This document shows positions 1 to 12,100 of a stretch of DNA of 64,000 bases, piece by piece. Location: assembly GCA_023251835.1 (NCBI GenBank), contig JAHEXZ010000019.1, positions 9,168 to 73,167 on the forward strand. Reading direction: 5' to 3'. Positions within the stretch are counted from its first letter, which is position 1, and each line of letters opens with the position of its first letter. A model generated the notes under the pieces. The model made no database searches and had not been told where the DNA came from. It saw only the letters and a list, made by a program, of their open reading frames with translations. The translations under genes and the position numbers were made by a program. This DNA comes from Bacteroidota bacterium. GTDB lineage: Bacteria; Bacteroidota; Bacteroidia; 2-12-FULL-35-15.

Positions 1-1239
1 CATTTTATTAAAACTACAAGTACAGTTGCAATTGCAGGACTATTGTGCTGCCAGTTAAATGCGCAAACTGACAGAAGAGATAAAGCTTCATTCAAGCCAA
101 AAATCAATGAATTTTATGAACAAATAAAAAAAGGCAACCTAGCGTTTAATGAACAGAAACCAACTGCCCCACTTGTGTTACGTATGGATCATTCAGGAAT
201 AGATGTTCCTAAATCAACTTCTGAATTTAAAACCATATTCTATCAAAAACCAGAATCTCAGGGTGAAACAGGAACATGCTGGTGCTTTTCAACTACTTCC
301 TTCTACGAATCCGAAATCAAACGGTTAACCAATCAGGATATACAGCTATCTGAGCTGTATACCGTATATTGGCAATACATTGAAAAAGCAAAAGAATTTG
401 TTCGTACACGCGGAACATCGTTATTTGATGAAGGCTCTGAGACAGAAGCAGTAGCTGCCATGATGAAACAGTATGGAATAGTCCCTTTGGAAGCATACAG
501 TGGCCTTAGATCCGGACAGCCTTTTCATGATCATAAAAAAATGGTAGAAGAAATGCGTAATTACCTGAACTTTGTTAAAACAGCCAATCAATGGAATGCT
601 GACGAAGTAACAGCTACCATTAAATCAATAATGAATTTTTACATCGGTGAACCACCTGCAACAATTACTGTTGCAGGAAAAAAAACAACCCCCATAGAAT
701 ATCTAAAAACAGTTGCCAAGCTCAACCCCGATGATTATGTAGATGTAATGTCATTAATGGAAAGCCCTTACTGGACACAGGCTGAATACAAAGTGCCTGA
801 TAACTGGTGGCATTCTGCCAACTACTACAATGTACCTTTAGATGATTTTATGAATGCCGTTAAAAATGCTATTAAAAATGGTTATTCTATGTCAATTGGA
901 GGTGACGTTTCTGAAAGCGGAATGGACAATAAGACAGGGATAGCTATGGTTCCTTCTTACGATATTCCTTCTGCTTATATTGATGAATATGCCCGTCAGA
1001 TGCGTTTTTCAAATGGCTCTACCACTGATGACCACGCAATGCACCTTGTAGGTTATACCGAAAGAAAAAATGGCACATGGTTTTTAATTAAAGACTCCGG
1101 AAGTGGTGGACAGAATAACCAGACAGCTCCAGGTTACTGGTATATGCACGAAGATTTTGTAAAACTAAAAATGACAACTTTCACTGTACATAAAGATGCT
1201 GTTAAAGACCTGTTAATTAAGTTTCAGAAGAAAAGTTAA
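1..1239 (+). CDS. Papain-like cysteine aminopeptidase (peptidase C1B / PepC-like), 5'-truncated by window edge
   Basis: QGETGTCWCFS catalytic Cys motif, DDHAMHLVG His motif, LSELY motif; frame is open from base 1 (HFIKTTSTVAIAGLLCCQLNAQ, signal-peptide-like). Confidence 0.85.
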   Translation, partial: HFIKTTSTVAIAGLLCCQLNAQTDRRDKASFKPKINEFYEQIKKGNLAFNEQKPTAPLVLRMDHSGIDVPKSTSEFKTIFYQKPESQGETGTCWCFSTTSFYESEIKRLTNQDIQLSELYTVYWQYIEKAKEFVRTRGTSLFDEGSETEAVAAMMKQYGIVPLEAYSGLRSGQPFHDHKKMVEEMRNYLNFVKTANQWNADEVTATIKSIMNFYIGEPPATITVAGKKTTPIEYLKTVAKLNPDDYVDVMSLMESPYWTQAEYKVPDNWWHSANYYNVPLDDFMNAVKNAIKNGYSMSIGGDVSESGMDNKTGIAMVPSYDIPSAYIDEYARQMRFSNGSTTDDHAMHLVGYTERKNGTWFLIKDSGSGGQNNQTAPGYWYMHEDFVKLKMTTFTVHKDAVKDLLIKFQKKS

Positions 1240-1260
1240 TATGAAATAATAAAAAAAAAT

Positions 1261-1650
1261 ATGCCCGCAATTCAGAAAGTGTATGAAATGAATGCATCAC
1301 CTGAAGAGGTTTTTGATGCATTGGTAAACCCTGATCTTATTCAAATCTGGTCAGGAGATGAAGCTCAAATGAGCGACAAAGTAGGAGGAACATTCTCTTT
1401 ATGGGGTGGACAAATGTATGGAGTAAACTTAGAAGTTGTAAAAAATAAAAAGTTAGTGCAGGAATGGTCCTACTATCAATGGGCAGAAGCATCAAAGGTT
1501 ACTTTCCTCATTAAATCAAAAGGGAAAAAAACTATAGTTGAACTCATACATGAAGGTGTCCCCGAAAAGTCCATCAATAGTATTTCCGATGGATGGGATT
1601 CATATTACCTGGGAGCTATACAAGAAATGTTTCAGATTGTAAAAAAATAA
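1261..1650 (+). CDS. SRPBCC/AHSA1 (START-like) domain protein
   Basis: ASPEEVFDAL...W, VGGTFSL, KKLVQEW, T-VELIH-GVP, GW-YY pattern typical of AHSA1. Confidence 0.85.
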   Translation: MPAIQKVYEMNASPEEVFDALVNPDLIQIWSGDEAQMSDKVGGTFSLWGGQMYGVNLEVVKNKKLVQEWSYYQWAEASKVTFLIKSKGKKTIVELIHEGVPEKSINSISDGWDSYYLGAIQEMFQIVKK

Positions 1651-1667
1651 GGTTATTATCGATATAA

Positions 1668-4115
1668 ATGAAAAAATATATTTCTATAGTTATTATTACC
1701 TGTTCATTTTTAACCAATCTGGCATCTGCACAAACCTGCCAGCAAAACAAACATCACCCTGCCAAATACAAATCTTTATCCGGGGTTAGCCATGTGCAGG
1801 CTGCTAATTCCCGCAGTGATACCGCTGATATCTTAAATTATACTATCAATTTAACCATTACGGATTTTACAAACAATAAAATAAGCGGAAATACACAGAT
1901 AAAATTTACGCCTAAAATCAATGGAGTTAACAAACTAAATTTAGACCTTCTAAAACTAACTGTTGATTCCATTGAAATTAATGGAACTAACTTGTCGTAC
2001 ACGTACAATGATACACTATTACAGGTAAGTCTGCCATCAACTTATAACCCATCTGATACTGTTCTGTTAACCGTTTATTATCAGGGAACGCCACAAGGGG
2101 ATCCATCCGGCTGGGGAGGTTTTTATTTTAGTAATGGTTATGCTTATAACCTGGGAGTTGGTTTTGGTGCTAACCCACACACATACGGCCGGGTGTGGTT
2201 CCCCTGTTTTGATAATTTTGTTGAACGATCTGCATACGAGTTCAATATCACTTCCAACAATGGTAAAATAGCCTATTGTAATGGTTATCTTGCAAATGAT
2301 ACCACTGACAATAACGGAGACCGTACCCGCAAATGGATACTTAATGAACCAATACCAAGTTACTTAGCTTCGGTAACTGTTGCTAATTACACACAGGTAA
2401 ATCAAACCTATAATGGTATAAATGGCAATGTGCCAATTGTTTTAACTGCTGTACCAGCTGATACTACCAATGTAAAAAATTCATTTACTAACTTAAATAC
2501 AGCGCTTTCTACATTTGAAAGTCACTTTGGCCCTTATATGTGGAACAGGGTTGGATACTGTATGGTACCATTTGATGCCGGAGCAATGGAACATGCTACA
2601 AATATCTCCTATCCAAAAGTAACAGCAGATGGTACAATTAATTACCAGACATTGTATGCTCATGAACTTTCCCACCACTGGTTTGGAAATCTGGCCACTT
2701 GCCGCACGCAGGAAGACATGTGGCTCAATGAAGGATGGGCACGCTATTGTGAATTTTTATTTACTGAATCATTATATGGATATAACAGTTACCTGAATTT
2801 AGTTAGAACAAATCATGAAGATAACTTACATTTTAATCGCCCAAAAGAAGGTAATCTTACGCTTTCCAATATACCGTTTGAATATACTTATGGAGATCAT
2901 GTATACAACAAGGGAGCGGATATTGCACATACATTGAGAGGATATATGGGTGATAGCCTATTCTTTAATTCCGTTAAAACCTATCTTTCACAGAACAATT
3001 ATAAAGATGTTTCCAGTGCTGATTTTAGAGATGCACTCACCGCTGCAAGTGGCCTTGATATGTCTTACTTTTTTGACAATTGGATATTTAATCCCGGATG
3101 GCCACATTTTTCAATAGATTCATTCACAGTAGTTCCTAATGGTTTGAGCTATCTTGTTACAGTTTACATAAAACAAAAATTAACAGATGCTCCCAATTAT
3201 TATACAAACGTACCCTTAGAAGTTACTTTCAAAGCTGCAGATTGGACAGAACAGACGCAAAGCATTGTAATGTCCGGACAAATATCATCCTTCAACTTTG
3301 CCCTTCCTTTCAATCCTGTATTTGTTGCTGTAAATATGGGGGAAAAAATTAGTCATGCAGTAGCACCTGAATACAAGAAAATAAAAACCACGGGGAATGC
3401 TAATTTTACAAATGCCAGGATGAACTTAACAATTCAAAGTATTTCTGACTCGGCATTTGTTCGTATAGAACATAATTATGCCGCCCCGGATGGTTTTAAA
3501 AGCTGCTGTCCTCCATATCGTTTATCACCAAATCATTATTGGAAAGTAGATGGCATTCTTCCTGCAAATTTTAAAGCTAAAGCCGTTATCAATTACGATG
3601 GCAGAACCACTGGTTTTGCTGGAAACCAATGGTTAGATAATGAGCTGGTAAATGCCAGTGAAGACAGCCTTATACTTATGTATCGCGCAAACACTGCGGA
3701 TGATTGGACAGAATATTTGTATTATACTAAAAATAATATAGGCAATAACAATGATAAACGTGGAACAATTACTATTGATACTTTAAAATTAGGAGAATTT
3801 GTTTTTGCGATGCATGATTATACAATGGGAATACAAACCCGAGAAATAAACACAGCACCTGAAATTAAATTATATCCTAATCCAACTAAAGATATATTGA
3901 CGATAGACTTGTTATCCTCCGGAATAAAAATTTATGGTTCAGTTATTTTAATCATTACAGATACTTCCGGAAAAACTATTTACAAAGAAAAACTCAATCC
4001 ACAGCAAACCACTACAACTATTAAAACAACAGGATATAGTAACGGAGTTTATTTTGTTTCTATTAATAACAACGAAACAGTATTGGCAAAATCTAAATTT
4101 ATAGTAACCCGCTAA
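1668..4115 (+). CDS. M1 family zinc aminopeptidase with T9SS type-A C-terminal sorting domain
   Basis: Signal peptide; GAMEH and HELSHHW...WLNEG motifs; C-terminal LYPNP...GVYFV...KFIV. Confidence 0.92.
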   Translation: MKKYISIVIITCSFLTNLASAQTCQQNKHHPAKYKSLSGVSHVQAANSRSDTADILNYTINLTITDFTNNKISGNTQIKFTPKINGVNKLNLDLLKLTVDSIEINGTNLSYTYNDTLLQVSLPSTYNPSDTVLLTVYYQGTPQGDPSGWGGFYFSNGYAYNLGVGFGANPHTYGRVWFPCFDNFVERSAYEFNITSNNGKIAYCNGYLANDTTDNNGDRTRKWILNEPIPSYLASVTVANYTQVNQTYNGINGNVPIVLTAVPADTTNVKNSFTNLNTALSTFESHFGPYMWNRVGYCMVPFDAGAMEHATNISYPKVTADGTINYQTLYAHELSHHWFGNLATCRTQEDMWLNEGWARYCEFLFTESLYGYNSYLNLVRTNHEDNLHFNRPKEGNLTLSNIPFEYTYGDHVYNKGADIAHTLRGYMGDSLFFNSVKTYLSQNNYKDVSSADFRDALTAASGLDMSYFFDNWIFNPGWPHFSIDSFTVVPNGLSYLVTVYIKQKLTDAPNYYTNVPLEVTFKAADWTEQTQSIVMSGQISSFNFALPFNPVFVAVNMGEKISHAVAPEYKKIKTTGNANFTNARMNLTIQSISDSAFVRIEHNYAAPDGFKSCCPPYRLSPNHYWKVDGILPANFKAKAVINYDGRTTGFAGNQWLDNELVNASEDSLILMYRANTADDWTEYLYYTKNNIGNNNDKRGTITIDTLKLGEFVFAMHDYTMGIQTREINTAPEIKLYPNPTKDILTIDLLSSGIKIYGSVILIITDTSGKTIYKEKLNPQQTTTTIKTTGYSNGVYFVSINNNETVLAKSKFIVTR

Positions 4116-4150
4116 AATTGCCAATTCATTGTCTACTGCACACAAAAATT

Positions 4151-4182
4151 TCCTCTCCTGTGGAGAGGGTTAGGGAGAGGTG
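4151..4182. repeat. Short GC-rich REP-like palindromic element (TCCTCTCC...GGAGAGGG family)
   Basis: tcctctcctgtggagagggttagggagaggtg, hairpin plus purine tail; related copies at 56535 and 63587. Confidence 0.6.
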
Positions 4183-4184
4183 AT

Positions 4185-6059
4185 ATGGGATACAAAACCA
4201 CACAGCAATGCATTGATGATTTAGAGAAACACGGACATTTAGTTCGTATTAAGGAACAAGTAAGCCCCAACCTCGAAATGGCAGCCATTCATCTTCGTGT
4301 GCATGAAAATAATGGACCGGCCATACTATTTGAAAATATCAAAAATTGTAAATTCAAAGCAGTATCTAACTTATATGGCTCTTTAGAACGTAGTAAATTT
4401 ATTTTCAGAGACACACTCGAAAAAATAAAAATACTCATCGACTTAAAAAATAATCCTTTAGAAGCGTTTAAACATCCTCTCAATTACTCCGGTGTTGCAT
4501 TAACTGCGCTTGCCGCCTTACCAAAAAAATCTGTTTTTAACAATCCGGTTTTACAACATCAAACCATAATTTCAGAACTCCCTCAAATAAAATGCTGGCC
4601 TGATGATGGTGGCGCTTTTATTACACTGCCTTTGGTATATACTGAAGATATTGATAAACCAGGAGTTATGAACTCTAACCTTGGTATGTACCGGATACAA
4701 TTGAGTGGCAATGAATACATCACGGATAAAGAAGTTGGTTTGCATTATCAGCTACACCGGGGCATTGGGATACATCAGACAAAATCGAATAAAAAAAATC
4801 AACCTCTGAAAGTAAGCATATTTGTTGGAGGCCCTCCATCACTTACTTTAGGAGCAATTATGCCACTGCCCGAAGGAATGAGCGAACTTACTTTTGCCGG
4901 AGCATTGGGCAACAGAAGAATCCGGTATACTTATGAAGATGGATTTTGTATTGCTTCTGATGCTGATTTTGTAATTACAGGCGAAGTATTTCCCAACGAA
5001 AATAAACCCGAAGGCCCTTTTGGTGATCATCTTGGTTATTATAGCTTAAAACATGATTTCCCGCTCATGCGTGTGCATAAAGTATTTCACCGTACCAATG
5101 CGCTATGGCCATTTACAATAGTTGGCCGGCCTCCACAGGAAGACACCAGCTTTGGTGCCCTGATTCATGAAATTACCGGAAATGCAATCCCCAAAGAAAT
5201 TCCCGGACTTAAAGATATTCATGCTGTTGATGCAGCAGGTGTACACCCGCTCCTTCTGGCAATCGGGAGTGAACGTTATACTCCATACAACAACAATCGG
5301 AAACCCCAGGAGATACTTACTATTGCCAACCACATACTTGGCTCCGGCCAGCTAAGCCTTGCAAAATATTTATTCATTATTGCAGGTGAAGATAACCCGC
5401 AGTTAACAACACACAATATTGAGGGGTATTTTAAACATGTGCTCGAACGAGTTGACTGGACAAGGGATATACACTTCCATACCAGAACCACGATTGATAC
5501 ATTAGATTACAGCGGCAGCGATTTAAACAGTGGTAGCAAAGTAGTAATTGCTGCTGCTGGTAACAAAATCAGAGAGCTTGGCAACACTATAGAAAATCTG
5601 AATTTACCGGATGGTTTTCGAAACCCTAAAGTAATAATGCCCGGCATTATTGCTATTGAAGCCGGTAAATATATTGATGAAAAAACAACACTTACCCATA
5701 TCTCATATCTCAAACCTGTGGTGAGCATAGTCGAACCATCTCATATCTTTGGTGAGCTGAGCCAAACTATCTCAAATCTCAATTCATTCCCACTCCTGAT
5801 CATTTGTGACAACAGCGACTTTATAGCACGCAACCTGAATAATTTTTTGTGGGTAACTTTTACACGTAGTAACCCCTCACATGATATTCATGGTATTGAT
5901 AGCTTTATAGAACACAAACACTGGGGATGCCATAGTTCACTGATAATTGATGCCCGCATCAAACCACAGCATGCACCTCCATTAATTAAAGACCCTGAAA
6001 TTGAAAAACAGGTAGACGCTTTGGGTACAAAAGGAATGTCCCTGTATGGAATTATTTGA
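4185..6059 (+). CDS. ubiD: UbiD family prFMN-dependent decarboxylase (long form)
   Basis: CWPDDGGAFITLP, NLGMYRIQ, EGPFGDHLGYY motifs; substrate not determinable from sequence. Confidence 0.88.
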   Translation: MGYKTTQQCIDDLEKHGHLVRIKEQVSPNLEMAAIHLRVHENNGPAILFENIKNCKFKAVSNLYGSLERSKFIFRDTLEKIKILIDLKNNPLEAFKHPLNYSGVALTALAALPKKSVFNNPVLQHQTIISELPQIKCWPDDGGAFITLPLVYTEDIDKPGVMNSNLGMYRIQLSGNEYITDKEVGLHYQLHRGIGIHQTKSNKKNQPLKVSIFVGGPPSLTLGAIMPLPEGMSELTFAGALGNRRIRYTYEDGFCIASDADFVITGEVFPNENKPEGPFGDHLGYYSLKHDFPLMRVHKVFHRTNALWPFTIVGRPPQEDTSFGALIHEITGNAIPKEIPGLKDIHAVDAAGVHPLLLAIGSERYTPYNNNRKPQEILTIANHILGSGQLSLAKYLFIIAGEDNPQLTTHNIEGYFKHVLERVDWTRDIHFHTRTTIDTLDYSGSDLNSGSKVVIAAAGNKIRELGNTIENLNLPDGFRNPKVIMPGIIAIEAGKYIDEKTTLTHISYLKPVVSIVEPSHIFGELSQTISNLNSFPLLIICDNSDFIARNLNNFLWVTFTRSNPSHDIHGIDSFIEHKHWGCHSSLIIDARIKPQHAPPLIKDPEIEKQVDALGTKGMSLYGII

Positions 6060-6084
6060 TTGGATAGTTATAACAGATAATACT

Positions 6085-6122
6085 AAAAAGAGTTATATGA
6101 ATGGTTTCATATAACTCTTTTT
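6085..6122. terminator. Bidirectional intrinsic terminator between convergent genes
   Basis: Perfect hairpin aaaaagagttatatgaa-tggt-ttcatataactcttttt. Confidence 0.75.
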
Positions 6123-6170
6123 GTATGTAAGACACTAAACTAACTTCCTCGCTATTCCAATAAAGTATTC

Positions 6171-9100
6171 TTATTGAATTGAAAACTTACCGCTTCCTAT
6201 CATTTCCTCTTTATTGGTTAGCTTATAGAAATACATGCCGTTTGACAAGTCATTTCTGTCTATGGTAAACATCATTCCTCCTTGTGTAGCACCGTTTTGT
6301 GAGCTAGGTGCTAAAGCAACCTTTTTGATTTCTTTTCCAAGCATATCATAGATTATCATTGTAACCTGGCCATTTCCAATAGTTCCATTTATTTGAAGTG
6401 TTGCACTGGTACTAAATGGATTTGGATAAATTATTACCGTATGTCCACCATTACCCAATTTATCTATTCCCAGGAAGCTGATTATAGGGAATGGAGGAGA
6501 AGTTGCTGTACAGCCGGAAGAATTAGTAACTACAACAGTATAATTTCCATTTTGGGTTGCCAGATAGCTTTGTGAAGTAGCACCAGGTATAAGAATACCA
6601 TTCAGATACCACTGATACGATGCCCCTGGAGTTGAAGTAAGCAGATTCTCCAATTGAGTAATCGTTGCTGTTGCAGCGGGAGCAACTGCTACTGTAGTCA
6701 CTTGTGTACTTGAACAGCCGTTAGATGTACCCGTAACTGTATAAGTAGTTGTCGTGGTAGGATTTGCCGTAACCGATGGGCCGGTTGTTGTATTTAATCC
6801 TGCAGAAGGTGCCCATGAATACGAATTAGCACCACTTGCCATCAAATCAGCAGAGTTACCTGCACAGATGGTAGTAGAAGCAGGAGTTACCATTGTATTT
6901 GGAGGCATGCAAGGAGTAGTTACACAAATATTAAACGTTGTAGTTGCAGGAACACTACTTCCATAGTGATATACTCTCACATAATAAGTATCTCCAACAA
7001 CAAGATTTGGAGCCGTTAATACTTCAGTACCACCGGAGTACGAAGTATCAGCACAGCTTACATTCGTTCCGTTACATGCACCACTTAATAACTCCACAAC
7101 AGCGTCAAAACTTGAAGAACCATCAACAGTAATTTTGTGAGTTGATGCTGTTGCAACAAATTTATACCATATATCATCATTAGCTGTTCCACCACAGGTT
7201 GCAGGCATTGTTTGTGTTGCCCCTGCAACATCTCCGGTTACAGTTCCACCACAAGTGGCACCATAAACAGTTAAAGTAACAGCACCAGCACAATCATCAT
7301 TAGCCGGAGCTGGTGGAGGCGGTCCGGGAGTTGTTACACATATTGTAAATGTAGTAGTTGATGGAACAGAACTGCTGTAGTGATATACACGCACGTAATA
7401 AGTAGTACCAATAGTAAGTCCTGTTGCATTCAACACTTCTGTACCACCGGTAAAAGTACCATCTGCACAATTAATGTTTGTTCCGTCACATGCTCCGGAA
7501 CGTAAATCAATTACAGCATCAAAACCGGTTGAACCAGCAACTGTAACAATATGCGTTGTGTCGGTTGCAGTAAAGCTATACCAAACATCATCATCTGCCG
7601 TACCTGTTGAACCACCGCAGGTAATTGCAGGTATTGATTGAGTAGCTCCTGCAACATCACCGGCAGTTGCACCACCACAGGTTGCACCATAAACATTCAA
7701 GGATACTGCACCTGAACAATTATCATTGGCAGGACCATTATTAGAAGATGGTGTTGTTACACAAATGGTGAATGTAGTGGTTGCAGGTGCACTGGTACCA
7801 TAATGATATACACGCACATAGTAAGTAGTGCCTGCGGTCAATCCTGTAGCATTAACTACCTCTGTTCCTCCGGCAAGTGTGCTATTTGCACAATTGATGT
7901 TCGTTCCGTTACAAGCACCTGAACGTAAGTCAATTACAGCATTTAAGCTATCAGAACCAACAACCGTAATGTCATGGGATGTTCCTGTAGCAACAAAGCT
8001 ATACCATACATCAGCAGCTGATGTTCCGGTAATACCATTGCATGTTATTGGTGCAATAGATTGTGTCGCTCCACTAACATCTCCGCTTGTAGCTCCGCCA
8101 CAGGTTGCGCCATAAACAGTTAAAGAAGCAGCATTGCCACAGTCATCATTCGATGGAATTGATGTTGAAGGAGTAGTAACGCATATTGTAAATGATGTAG
8201 TAACCGGAGCTACAGTATCATGATCGTAAACCCTTACATAATAGGTGTTACCAATTGTAAGTCCTGTTGAATGTATTACTTCGGTACCACCTGCTAATGT
8301 ACTATCAGCACAGGATACATTGGTTCCAGGACATGAACCTGAAAGTAATTCTACAACAGCATTCAGGTTGGTAGAGCCAACTACTGTAACATCATGGGAT
8401 GTGGCTGTTGCTACAAATGTATACCATACATCGTCTTCTGAACCGCCAGTAGAACCATTACAAGTTATTGGAGGTGCGGATTGAGTTGCCCCACCTACAG
8501 TTCCATTAGTTGCTCCACCACAGGTAGGCCCGTATACCGTCAATGCTGTTGCACCAGAGCAACTATCATTAGCAGGTGTAGAAGGATTTGGTGTTGTTAC
8601 ACAGATAGTGAACGTTGTTGTTGCGGGAACAGAGCTGCTGTAGTGATAAACACGTACATAATAAGTGTTTCCAACAGTCAGTCCTGCAGCATTTATAATT
8701 TCCGTACCTCCACCAAAAGTAGCATCAGCACAATCTATATTAGTTCCACTACAAGCACCCGAACGTAAATCTATAACAGCATCAAAGCTGGTTGAACCCA
8801 CTACAGTAATATCATGTGTAGTAGAGGTTGCTACAAAGCTATACCAAACGTCATCATTGGCTGTACCTGTCCAGTTATTACAAGTTATAGCAGCAATTGA
8901 CTGGGTTGCACCAGCAACATTGCCTGTTGTGGCACCACCACAAGTTGCACCATAAACGGTTAAGGCTGTTGCATTAGCACAATTGTCATTTGAAGGGGGT
9001 GGTGGCGGAGGCGTTGTTACACATATTGTAAATGTGGTAGTTGAAGGAGCAATACTATCGTAATCGTATACCCTAACATAATAAGTGTTACCGATTGTAA

Positions 9101-12100
9101 GCCCTGTGGCATTTAACACCTCTGTACCACCTGTTAACGTAGAATCTTCACACGTGATATTTGTTCCTGTACATGCACCTGAACGTAAATCTACAACAGC
9201 ATTAAAGCCAGTAGAGCCAACTACAGTAATATCATGTGTAGTAGAAGTAGCTACAAAGCTGTACCATACATCATCATTGGCTGTACCTGCACAAGGAGCA
9301 GCCACTATTGATTGTGTGGCACCTGCAACATTACCTGTTGTTGTTCCACCGCAAGTAGCCCCATACACTGTTAATGCTGTTGCACCTGCGCAATCATCAT
9401 TAGCAGGAACAGAAGGATTTGGTGTTGTTACACATATTGTGAATGTTGTTGTTGCAGGAACCGAACTGCTGTAATGATAAACACGTACATAGTAAGTGTT
9501 TCCAATGGTCAGCCCAGTAGCATTTATTATTTCTGTACCACCACTAAATGTAGCATCAGCACAGTCTATATTGTTTCCATTACAAGCACCCGAACGTAAA
9601 TCTATGACAGCATCAAAGCTGGTTGAACCTACTACAGTAATATCATGTGTAGTAGAGGTAGCCACAAAGCTATACCACACATCATCATTGGCTGTACCCG
9701 TCCAGCTATTACAGGTTATAGCAGTAATTGACTGGGTTGCACCAGCAACATCACCTGTGGTAGCACCACCACAGGTTACACCATAAACAGTCAAGGCTGT
9801 TGCATTAGCACAATTGTCATTTGAAGGAGTTGGTGGTGGAGGTGTGGTTACACAAATTGTAAATGTAGTAGTTGAAGGAACAGTACTACCAAAATCATAT
9901 ACACGCACATAGTATGTTGTGCCTATAGTAAGCCCTGTAGCATGCATTACTTCAGTACCACCTGTTGATGTAGCGTCTTCACATGTAATATTAGTTCCTG
10001 TACAAGCACCGGAACGTAAATCTACTACAGCATTGAAGCCGGTAGAACCAACTATAGTAATATCATGTATTGCAGCTGTTGCCACAAAGCTGTACCATAC
10101 ATCATCATTTGCAGTACCAGTACATGGTGCAGCAGCAATTGATTGTGTAGCACCTGTAACATTGCCTGCTATAGCACTTCCACAGGTAGCTCCATACACT
10201 GTTAATGCTGTTGCGGCTGAACAATCATCATTAGCAGGCGGAGGTATTGTAGGAGTAGTAACACAAATATTAAATGTAGTGGTAGCAGGATAACCAGTAC
10301 CATAATCGTACACCCTCACATAATAAGTAGTCCCTATGGTTAACCCTGTAGCATGTATTACTTCTTTACCTCCGTTACCGGTACTGTCAGCACATCCTAC
10401 ATTTGGTCCTGAACAGCTGGTAGAATGCATATCCACCACGGCATTGAAGCTGGCAGAACCCTGAACAGTAACATCATGCGAAGTAGCTGTTGCAACAAAC
10501 TTATACCAAACATCATCATTGGCTGTACCTGTAGAACCATTACAGGTTATTGCTGTGATAGACTGGGTTGCACCTGCAACATCGCCTGTCGTAGCACCAC
10601 CACATGTTGCACCGTATACAGTCAGTACTGTTGCATTCGAACAGTTATTGTTCGCAGGAGGAGGAGTGGTAGGAGTTGTTACACATATTGTGAATGTTGT
10701 TGTTGAAGGAACCGAACTGCCATAATCATATACCCTCACATAATAAGTGTTTCCGATGGTAAGCCCGGTAGCAATTACTGCTTCGGTTCCTCCTATTGCT
10801 GTGGCATCGGCACAATTGATATTTGTACCATCACAAGCACCGGTTCTTAAATCTACTACAGCATCAAAATTTGAAGATCCAACAACAGTGATATTGTGTG
10901 AGGTTGCTGTTGCCACAAAACTATACCATACATCATCATTGGCCGTACCTGTAAGGCCATTACATAATAACCCTGGTATCGACTGAGTAGCGCTGGCCAC
11001 ATTTCCAGTGGTAGCGCCACCGCAAGAAGTACCATAAACTGTTAATGATGTTGCACCAGAACAATTATCATTAGATGGTGTTGGCGGGGCTGGTGTTGTA
11101 ATACATATGTCAAATGTAATAGTTGATGCTAAACCTGAATAATAATGATATACCCTCACATAATAAGTATTACCTATTGTAAGCCCTGTTGCAGTTAATG
11201 TTTCTGTCCCCGCCATTCCTGTAGCATCCATACAACTAAGGTTAGTACCGTTGCAGGAGCCGGAACGCAAATCAATAACAGCATCAAAACTGGCAGATCC
11301 TGTTACAGTAACAATGTGAGATGTAGCTGTTGCAACAAAGCTATACCAAACATCATCATTTGCTGTACCGACACATGGTGCAGCAGATATAGACTGTGTT
11401 GCACCTCCAACAGAACCAGCTGTGGTTGCACCACAGGTAACGCCATAGACAGTTAAAGGAGTGGCATTGGCACACTCATCGTTAGCAGGAGGCGGAGTAG
11501 TTACACAGATTGTAAATGTTGTTGTTGAAGGCATTGAGCTGCTGTAATGATATACTCTGACATAATAAGTACTTCCAGGAACAAGGCCTGTAGCATTTAC
11601 CACCTCTGTTCCACCTCCTGTTGTAGCATCAGCACAATTTATATTTGTCCCAGTGCAGGAACCTGAACGAAGGTCTACTACTGCGTCAAATCCTGAAGAG
11701 CCAATAACAGTAATGGTATGCGAACCGGATGTTGCCACAAAGCTATACCATACATCATCATCGGCTGTGCCCGAGAAAGAGTTACAGGTTATACCTGGTA
11801 ATGACTGAGTAGCACCAGTAACATCACCGGTGGTAGCACCTCCGCAGGTTGCTCCGTAAACAGTTAAAGCGGTAGCTCCGGAACATTCATTATTAGCTGG
11901 TGGCGGTGGAACCGGAGTGGTTATACATATTGTGAAGGTTGTGGTAGAAGGAACGCTGGAATACCAGTGATATACTCTCACATAATAGGTAGTTCCAATG
12001 GTAAGGCCTGTAGCATGCAATACTTCGGTGCCCCCTGAATATGAAGTGTCTCTACAACTCATATTGGTTCCATTGCAGGAACCGGAACGTAAATCAATTA

